Below are positions 57,124 to 64,000 of a stretch of 64,000 nt of DNA, piece after piece (position 1 is the first letter of the stretch; every line of letters begins with the position of its first letter). The stretch is from Flavobacterium sp. UBA6135. GTDB lineage: Bacteria; Bacteroidota; Bacteroidia; Flavobacteriales; Flavobacteriaceae. The notes beneath the pieces were generated by a model. That model saw nothing but the letters and a program-made list of their open reading frames with translations. It was not told where the DNA came from and searched no databases. Location of the stretch: NCBI RefSeq assembly GCF_002428305.1, contig NZ_DIVJ01000023.1:108489-172488 (forward strand). The letters run 5' to 3'. Position numbers and translations under genes: made by a program.

Positions 57124-57263
57124 CTTCATTTTTATTGTCTGTTTTTGGAAATTATAACAATCGTTAATTGATTTGTTACATTTCTTTACTTACTTTTGCA
57201 AACGTTTTCGTTATCAATATTAACCAAGATGAGATTGCATTTTGCCTCATAAAAGCACAACTT

Positions 57264-58442
57264 ATGAAACCAGATTTATTTCAAGCTCCTGATTATTACT
57301 TACTAGATGATTTATTAACCGAGGAACACAAATTAGTGCGTGATTCTGCTAGAGCATGGGTGAAACGTGAAGTATCACCTATTATTGAAGATTATGCTCA
57401 ACGTGCTGAATTTCCAACTCAAATCATTAAAGGTTTAGGAGAAATTGGCGGTTTTGGTCCCTATATTCCTGAGGAATATGGCGGAGCAGGTTTAGATCAA
57501 ATATCTTATGGATTAATCATGCAAGAAATTGAAAGAGGAGACTCAGGAGTTCGTTCTACATCATCTGTTCAATCTTCGTTGGTTATGTATCCTATTTGGA
57601 AATATGGAAACGAAGAACAACGAATGAAATACCTACCCAAATTAGCCACAGGCGAAATGATGGGTTGTTTTGGATTAACTGAACCTGATCATGGTTCAAA
57701 TCCGGGCGGAATGACTACAAACTTTAAAGACAAAGGCGATCATTACTTATTGAATGGAGCTAAAATGTGGATATCAAATGCTCCGTTTGCAGACATTGCT
57801 ATTGTTTGGGCAAAAAATGAAGAAGGAAGAATTCACGGCTTGATTGTAGAACGAGGAATGGAAGGCTTTACAACACCTGAAACTCATAATAAATGGTCAC
57901 TTCGTGCTTCGGCAACAGGTGAATTAATTTTTGATAATGTAAAAGTTCCTAAAGAAAATTTATTACCCAATAAATCAGGATTAGGTGCTCCACTTGGCTG
58001 TTTAGACTCTGCAAGATACGGAATTGCTTGGGGTGCAATTGGAGCTGCAATGGATTGTTATGATACTGCATTACGCTATGCCAAAGAAAGAATTCAATTT
58101 GACAAACCAATTGGAGCAACACAATTGCAACAAAAAAAATTAGCTGAAATGATTACAGAAATCACAAAAGCCCAATTATTAACTTGGCGTTTAGGTGTTT
58201 TGCGTAATGAAGGAAAAGCAACAACTGCCCAAATTTCTATGGCAAAAAGAAACAATGTAAATATGGCAATTGAAATTGCACGAGAGGCAAGACAAATTTT
58301 AGGAGGGATGGGAATTACCGGTGAATATTCCATCATGAGACACATGATGAATTTGGAGTCAGTGATTACCTATGAAGGTACACACGACATTCATTTATTG
58401 ATTACGGGAGCTGATATAACTGGAATACAAGCGTTTAAATAA
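57264..58442 (+). CDS. Acyl-CoA dehydrogenase (glutaryl-CoA dehydrogenase-like); ATG 57264 preferred
   Basis: GCFGLTEPDHGSNP, KMWISN, TYEGTHDIH. Confidence 0.92.
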   Translation: MKPDLFQAPDYYLLDDLLTEEHKLVRDSARAWVKREVSPIIEDYAQRAEFPTQIIKGLGEIGGFGPYIPEEYGGAGLDQISYGLIMQEIERGDSGVRSTSSVQSSLVMYPIWKYGNEEQRMKYLPKLATGEMMGCFGLTEPDHGSNPGGMTTNFKDKGDHYLLNGAKMWISNAPFADIAIVWAKNEEGRIHGLIVERGMEGFTTPETHNKWSLRASATGELIFDNVKVPKENLLPNKSGLGAPLGCLDSARYGIAWGAIGAAMDCYDTALRYAKERIQFDKPIGATQLQQKKLAEMITEITKAQLLTWRLGVLRNEGKATTAQISMAKRNNVNMAIEIAREARQILGGMGITGEYSIMRHMMNLESVITYEGTHDIHLLITGADITGIQAFK

Positions 58443-58445
58443 TAT

Positions 58446-58478
58446 AAAAAGTCCTTCTAAACCTAGAAGGACTTTTTT
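58446..58478. terminator. Bidirectional terminator
   Basis: AAAAGTCCTTCTA-AACC-TAGAAGGACTTTT. Confidence 0.85.
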
Positions 58479-58491
58479 CTTTACAACCTAA

Positions 58492-60336
58492 TTATTTAAA
58501 AATTGGTATTTTTTGAGTATAAGCTTTTTTAGATTCATTTGTTGTAATTTGAAGGATGTGAATGCTATCACCTAACAAACTTGTATCAAATTCATAGTTA
58601 CTGTTGGATCCCATATTTTTAAAATGAAGTACTTTTTTTCCTGAAAGATCAAATAAATCAATAGTGTTTAATTCTAAATTTTTAGGGTTCTTAATAACCA
58701 ATAAATTATCTTTTAAATTGGAATACCCAAGTAGTTGGCTATCCAAAAGTTCAGGGACATTTAAAGTAGCGTTCAAAAAAGTAATTTCATAACGCGTGTT
58801 GTTTGTGCCGGCAGGTAATATTATTGTTTGTTCACTATTTTTTATATCATAGTACACCCCTGTAACTTTATCATGTAAATAAACATCTAAAAACCCGGAA
58901 ACGCCACACATTTCAACAACTCCAATTTTGAAAGTTGCCTCAGTGTTACATTTAAATCCTATTGGATACACATTTGTAACCGCAAAAGGCATTGTTGAAT
59001 GAACGTATTCTTGCTGATTTAAATAAAGATAAGAATCAAAAGGTAAATTGGTGCCATCGCCTGATTTTGAATCTGCATTATCCAAACCTTCTGTAGCATT
59101 AGAAAGAAAACAAATTGCATATTGTCTAATTGCTTGGTTGTTCAAAAGCGTATTTATTTTAATGTGAGGAGCCGGTTTTTTATTAATTTGTGTATAATCA
59201 ATACCTGCTAAATTTGGAATTTCTCCAAAGAAATCACTTTCATTATCTTCAGTAGGGTTACTAGTTGAAGCAGTGTTAGCATTACGTTCAAATTGTGATT
59301 GATTTGAAAAGCCTTCTTTTCTAAAGACTCTATGGGTATTTTTCATTTTAACCGTACCGTCTGCCAAACCTCTTATCATGAATCCTTGTCCTATGGGAGA
59401 AAAACGTCTTTCGTAACTATTCAATGGATTGCTGGCAACGGTGCCTTGATTTCCGCCAATATCATAATTATAAAAAGTAGCAGGCGTATAAACACTAGTT
59501 GAACCATTATAAACACCATAACCTCCGCGATAATTCGATACTACATGTGAATTCACCGTTTTGTCGTGTTCCCAAAATAAAGCAGTTCCGTCAATAAAAG
59601 GTGTGTTTTCAGAATCCGTTAAAAAAAGGTTTAAGTCAATCGCAGAAGGATATGGATTTCCGGTTAATGTGAATTTATTTGCTGCTACTTCAATAGAGAT
59701 TGTGCCTGAATTAGGTCTACCTCTAAAATCATAGCGTTGACTTGTCCCAGATGCATTGTTTGGAACTATCCCAGCATAAGGCTGTGTGGAATCAAAACCT
59801 GAACTGCCCTTCATTGTAAATCCTTGTCCAGTTACAATATTTATTGCAGCACCTGTATGCAACCACTGCGAATAAAATTCAGAAGATAAAAATCGATAAA
59901 TCCATTTTGAAGATATAGTTAAACTTGTATCTGTTGTTGATCCGTTATTTGAAGCAGTTGTTACAACAGGTAAACTTTGTGTTTTAGTTACCGGTCTTTG
60001 AAATAAAGTAATACCAAAAGGATTATTACCTAACGTAGAAGTACTACCCACTGGAGAACACCAATAATTATACTGAAAATTGTTTACCGTTCCTTCTTGA
60101 TAAACAGACAATTGCCCTAACCCCTCGTTTGTTGAAGCAACTTCTTTCTGTAATAATTGTCCGTTATTCCTCAGATAAACTGCTGCAGATGGTGCTAAGT
60201 TTAAATAACTACTAACAGTTATATATTGATTGTCTACATACAAAAACGAATTATTTTTTACATATAGCTGTCCTTTTACATAAAAAGGAAGAAATAGTAA
60301 AATATAGCATACTGCTTTTCTCATTTTTAATATCAT
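58492..60336 (-). CDS. Large secreted protein with a T9SS-like C-terminal domain
   Basis: Signal peptide; YWCSPV, GQGFTMKG, GNPYPSAIDL; CTD-like LFDLSGKKV tail. Confidence 0.8.
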   Translation of the reverse strand: MILKMRKAVCYILLFLPFYVKGQLYVKNNSFLYVDNQYITVSSYLNLAPSAAVYLRNNGQLLQKEVASTNEGLGQLSVYQEGTVNNFQYNYWCSPVGSTSTLGNNPFGITLFQRPVTKTQSLPVVTTASNNGSTTDTSLTISSKWIYRFLSSEFYSQWLHTGAAINIVTGQGFTMKGSSGFDSTQPYAGIVPNNASGTSQRYDFRGRPNSGTISIEVAANKFTLTGNPYPSAIDLNLFLTDSENTPFIDGTALFWEHDKTVNSHVVSNYRGGYGVYNGSTSVYTPATFYNYDIGGNQGTVASNPLNSYERRFSPIGQGFMIRGLADGTVKMKNTHRVFRKEGFSNQSQFERNANTASTSNPTEDNESDFFGEIPNLAGIDYTQINKKPAPHIKINTLLNNQAIRQYAICFLSNATEGLDNADSKSGDGTNLPFDSYLYLNQQEYVHSTMPFAVTNVYPIGFKCNTEATFKIGVVEMCGVSGFLDVYLHDKVTGVYYDIKNSEQTIILPAGTNNTRYEITFLNATLNVPELLDSQLLGYSNLKDNLLVIKNPKNLELNTIDLFDLSGKKVLHFKNMGSNSNYEFDTSLLGDSIHILQITTNESKKAYTQKIPIFK

Positions 60337-60758
60337 ATTAAATTATTTAAAATCTATCTTTTCAGTGTAAAGAATAAAAAGGCTTCGTTAAAACTAGATT
60401 ATATTAAATTTGAGGTAACCAAAAATAGTATATTAATCAAAATAATCATTATTTTAACAGTAATTAAGTTTGTTTATTATGATAATCGTAAATTTTAAAC
60501 TTTTTATTTAATTATTATTAATTTTTTATAAATATTTATGCAATCCATTACATATTTACTATTTCTTTAATTCATTAATTATATTAAAATTCTTAAAAAT
60601 TTGATTTTAATTACTAAAGAGGTTGATTTATATTCTCTATTTTGAAAAAAAGTGCTGGTGTTTCTTTTGATAAGTAAATCAAACCGGTGTATAATTAATT
60701 TCAATCATATAAATTTCGTAAAACCATGAAGCTTTTCTATTTTTGAAGTAAAAAAGCT

Positions 60759-61544
60759 ATGAACTTTAACAACATTAAGCAAACTATTGAGCCACTTCGT
60801 TTACAACTTTTAAATCATTCTTTATACAAAAACATAAAAACTGCAGACGATTTACATAGCTTTCTAGAAGGCCACGTTTATGCTGTTTGGGATTTTATGT
60901 CTCTTTTAAAGGCACTTCAATCAAAATTAACGTGCACTACAACACCTTGGATTCCCTATGGAAATCCAGAGATTAGGTATTTGATTAACGAGATTGTACT
61001 GGCAGAAGAAACAGATATTTCACTTGACGGAAAAAGACAAAGTCACTTTGAAATGTATTTAGACGCTATGAATACGTGTGATTCTAACACCCAAGAGGTT
61101 GCTAGATTTTTAGAAAACATTCAAGAAACTCAAAACATTTTTGTTTCGATTAAGCAAAGTAATTTAGACCCTAAAATAAAATCATTTTTAGATTTTACTT
61201 TTAGAATAATTGAAGAGGGAAAACCTCACAAAATCGCTGCTGCTTTTACATTTGGCAGAGAAGATTTAATTCCGGATATGTTTACTTCAATACTTAAAAA
61301 CTTCCAAGAAAACTTCCCTGAAACTAATTTAGCAAAACTTATCTACTATTTTGAAAGACATATTGAATTAGATGGCGACGAACATGGCCCGATGGCTATG
61401 AAGATGATAGCAGAATTATGTGGCGAAAATGAAACAAAATGGAAAGAAGTAGCAGAAGTCTCTGTTTTAGCGTTAGAAAAACGTATTGGCCTTTGGGATG
61501 CAATAGAGGAGAAAATTCTTCAAAAAGAAGTTTGTCATCCCTAG
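60759..61544 (+). CDS. DUF3050-family protein (heme-oxygenase-like helical fold)
   Basis: HVYAVWDFMSLLKALQ, INEIVLAEETD, SHFEMY, YFERHIELDGDEHG. Confidence 0.85.
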   Translation: MNFNNIKQTIEPLRLQLLNHSLYKNIKTADDLHSFLEGHVYAVWDFMSLLKALQSKLTCTTTPWIPYGNPEIRYLINEIVLAEETDISLDGKRQSHFEMYLDAMNTCDSNTQEVARFLENIQETQNIFVSIKQSNLDPKIKSFLDFTFRIIEEGKPHKIAAAFTFGREDLIPDMFTSILKNFQENFPETNLAKLIYYFERHIELDGDEHGPMAMKMIAELCGENETKWKEVAEVSVLALEKRIGLWDAIEEKILQKEVCHP

Positions 61545-61571
61545 TTATTTAAAAAGTAAAAGTTGTAATTC

Positions 61572-62285
61572 ATGAGAAAAGTTTTCGCTTGCCTATTTCT
61601 TACCATTCTAACATTATTAGGATGCTCTGACAATGAAAACCATTTGGAAACAGAAGAAATTCAAATTCAAAATGAATACCATTATCTAGCATTAGGGGAT
61701 AGTTATACCATCGGTCAAAGTGTTTGTGAGACTTGTCGGTTTCCTGAACAATTAAAAGACAGTTTGAAAAATCATTTAAATGCTTCAGACAAAATTACGG
61801 TAAAAGTAGTTGCTCAAACCGGCTGGACTACGAGCAATTTAAAAACAGCAATTACTAATGAAAATTTAATTTCAGAATATGATCTGGTAACATTATTAAT
61901 TGGCGTTAATAACCAATATCAAAACAAACCTTTTTTGTTGTACGAAACTGAATTTCCTGAGTTACTTCAGAAAGCAATTATTTTGGCAAAAGGAAATAAA
62001 AATCGTGTAATTGTAATTTCTATTCCGGATTATGCTTTTACTCCTTTTGGACAATCAAGCTCAAATCCGCAATCAATTTCAAATGAATTGGACAATTATA
62101 ATTTGTTTGCTAAAAATTATGCGGAATCTCAAGGAATAATTTTTATAAACATTACCGATATTACACGAAATGGACTGAATAATCCAGATTTGGTTGCTTC
62201 AGATAATTTACATCCGTCAAAATTAGCTTATTCAAAATTTGTTGAAAGGATATTACCTGATGCGAAAAATATTTTGGGGATTTAA
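61572..62285 (+). CDS. SGNH/GDSL hydrolase lipoprotein
   Basis: Lipobox LLGC; LGDSYT, IGVNN, DNLHP. Confidence 0.92.
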   Translation: MRKVFACLFLTILTLLGCSDNENHLETEEIQIQNEYHYLALGDSYTIGQSVCETCRFPEQLKDSLKNHLNASDKITVKVVAQTGWTTSNLKTAITNENLISEYDLVTLLIGVNNQYQNKPFLLYETEFPELLQKAIILAKGNKNRVIVISIPDYAFTPFGQSSSNPQSISNELDNYNLFAKNYAESQGIIFINITDITRNGLNNPDLVASDNLHPSKLAYSKFVERILPDAKNILGI

Positions 62286-62618
62286 CTATTGTTCTGGTGC
62301 TATTTGAACTTCTAAACCTTCTATTTCTTGATTAATATGAATTTGGCATCCTAATCTACTGTTTTCTTGAACATGATAAGCCTCCCAGAGCATTGCCTCT
62401 TCATCAGGAGATTTTTCCGGCAAGGGTACTTCATTTAAAACATAACATTGACAAGAAGCACACATTGCCATCCCCCCACATATTCCTATCGTTCCTTCCT
62501 CTGCCAATTCAAAAGCACGAATCACTTCCATAAGATTCATGTTCATGTCTGTTGGAGCTTGCACTTCGTGTTGAACTCCATTTCGGTCTGTAATTTTAAT
62601 AGTGATGTCTTTTGACAT
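62286..62618 (-). CDS. 2Fe-2S ferredoxin (start MSKDIT; track extends to 62681)
   Basis: CGG.AMCASC...SRLGCQI. Confidence 0.92.
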   Translation of the reverse strand: MSKDITIKITDRNGVQHEVQAPTDMNMNLMEVIRAFELAEEGTIGICGGMAMCASCQCYVLNEVPLPEKSPDEEAMLWEAYHVQENSRLGCQIHINQEIEGLEVQIAPEQ

Positions 62619-62622
62619 ATTT

Positions 62623-63681
62623 TTATTCAATCGATTTAACAACTGCTTTTTCAGCTTCTTTTCGTGTCCCATCAAAACCATCTACACCGGAAACCGTTGT
62701 ATATTTTAAAACATATTTTTTACCGGGGTTTAATCTGCTGTAAACACTTTGACACATTAAAGTGGCTTCGTGAAACCCACATAAAATCAGTTTTAGTTTT
62801 CCGGGATAGGTATTAACATCACCAATAGCATAAATTCCTTCAATATTGGTTTGATAATCTAGAGCATTATTCACTTTAATGGCGTTTTTCTCGATTTCTA
62901 AACCCCAATTTGCAATGGCACCCAACTTTGGCGTGAGTCCGAATAAGGGGATAAAATAATCTGTTTCCACATTCATTCGAGCTCCGTTAATTTCTATATC
63001 AACGGATTCAATTCGTTCTGATCCTTTGAAACCAACTACTTCTGCCGGTGTAATTAATTTTATTTTCCCTTCGTTTTTTAATTCTTGTACTTTTTCAACG
63101 GAATCTAAAGCTCCTCTAAATTCATTTCTTCTGTGAACCAAAGTTACTTCTGAAGCAACGTCAGAAAGAAAGATGCTCCAGTCTAATGCAGAATCACCCC
63201 CTCCTGAAATTACAATTTTTTTATTCCTGAAAAGTTCCGGGTCTTTAACAAAATATTCAATTCCACGACCTTCTTTCTCATAAAACTCTACATCTTTCAA
63301 CAAAGGTTTTCTAGGTTCAAAAGTTCCTAATCCTCCGGCAATAGCAATCGCTTTTGCATGATGTTGCGTTCCTTTGTTTGTGGTAACAATAAAACTTCCA
63401 TCTTCTAATTTATCGATTGTTTCAGCAGTTTCTCCCAAAGTAAATCCGGGTTGGAATTGTTTAATTTGTTCCATTAAGTTGGTTACTAAATCACCTGCTA
63501 AAACTTCGGGATAACCAGGAATATCATAAATAGGTTTTTTGGGATAAAGTTCTGCCAACTGACCTCCGGGTTGCGGAAGAGCATCAATTAAATGGCATTT
63601 TAATTTTAAAAGTCCTGCTTCAAAAACAGTAAAAAGCCCTGTCGGGCCAGCACCAATAATGAGTATATCAGTTTGTATCAT
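62623..63681 (-). CDS. Ferredoxin-NADP+ reductase (TrxB-like, YumC type)
   Basis: IIGAGPTG, GGGDSALDW, YAIGD; no CxxC motif. Confidence 0.88.
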   Translation of the reverse strand: MIQTDILIIGAGPTGLFTVFEAGLLKLKCHLIDALPQPGGQLAELYPKKPIYDIPGYPEVLAGDLVTNLMEQIKQFQPGFTLGETAETIDKLEDGSFIVTTNKGTQHHAKAIAIAGGLGTFEPRKPLLKDVEFYEKEGRGIEYFVKDPELFRNKKIVISGGGDSALDWSIFLSDVASEVTLVHRRNEFRGALDSVEKVQELKNEGKIKLITPAEVVGFKGSERIESVDIEINGARMNVETDYFIPLFGLTPKLGAIANWGLEIEKNAIKVNNALDYQTNIEGIYAIGDVNTYPGKLKLILCGFHEATLMCQSVYSRLNPGKKYVLKYTTVSGVDGFDGTRKEAEKAVVKSIE

Positions 63682-63692
63682 TCTATTTTAAG

Positions 63693-63748
63693 TTGCTAAG
63701 ATTCTGAGTTACTGAGATTCTGAGTTACTGAGAAGCTGAGTTGCTGAG
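63693..63748 (-). repeat. Array of seven octamers (nnnCTGAG on the + strand) before the FNR start
   Basis: ttgctaag attctgag ttactgag attctgag ttactgag aagctgag ttgctgag. Confidence 0.92.
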
Positions 63749-63883
63749 TTCTTTTTAGGTTTACTTGGCGAAAGTAGTTTTTCTTTTTTCTTTTGTATAT
63801 GACATTTATCAGTTGGCACAAATTGCGTAAGTGATTGTTGCGGAAAGCCCAAAGCTACGAAGGAACTTGCAGAATTGAAGCAA

Positions 63884-63901
63884 TCCCGATAACTATCGGG
63901 A
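63884..63901. repeat. Short REP-like palindrome
   Basis: TCCCGAT-AACT-ATCGGGA. Confidence 0.65.
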
Positions 63902-63942
63902 CGTAGTGGATAGTCCACCCCTTATAGTTACATCAAAAAAAT

Positions 63943-64000
63943 TTAGGCTACGTTTTCAACGGTTTCAATTTGTGGTACATATTTTTTTATTGTTGTTTCA
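63943..64000 (-). CDS. 3' end of a NifU-family protein (partial)
   Basis: Translates ...ETTIKKYVPQIETVENVA*; upstream of FNR and ferredoxin. Confidence 0.6.
   Translation of the reverse strand, partial: ETTIKKYVPQIETVENVA

Noticed and set aside
63709-63918. 69-aa ORF MDYPLRPDSYRDC...
   Set aside because: It is built from the palindrome and the octamer array, with no protein-like features.

Overview
AT-rich Flavobacteriaceae chromosomal window, most likely Flavobacterium. This is inferred from SusC/SusD, T9SS cargo proteins, the mevalonate pathway, TAnnTTTG promoters and the absence of Shine-Dalgarno motifs. Positions 1-15.3 kb hold a starch/maltodextrin utilisation locus: susD (partial)-susC, divergent LacI regulator, MFS transporter, pgmB, GH65, GH13, GH31 and GH13. 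Next come a small accessory patch (HigBA-type toxin-antitoxin pair plus two orphan lipoproteins), a metallophosphoesterase/kinase-like/Omp85 fusion and two paralogous T9SS proteins. The rest is mostly housekeeping: ruvC, hemW, peptidases, mevalonate genes, two pseudouridine synthases, trxA, dnaE, an RRM protein, rpsP-rimM, ferredoxin/FNR and the end of a NifU-like gene, plus tRNA-Leu(TAG) and tRNA-Asp(GTC). I saw no CRISPR array, integrase, transposase or reverse transcriptase. The most interesting signals are non-coding. (1) A four-helix-bundle gene sits between 41-bp direct repeats that duplicate the ruvC 3' end in frame, and it is tied to oriented 7/8-mer tandem arrays found at many gene junctions and inside one glycosyltransferase. 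(2) An exact 18-nt match makes a hairpin in the MFS leader antisense to the susC leader. (3) A tandem GUUUAGUAGU-motif ncRNA candidate lies downstream of tRNA-Asp. All family assignments come from motif recognition by eye; no database search was run.
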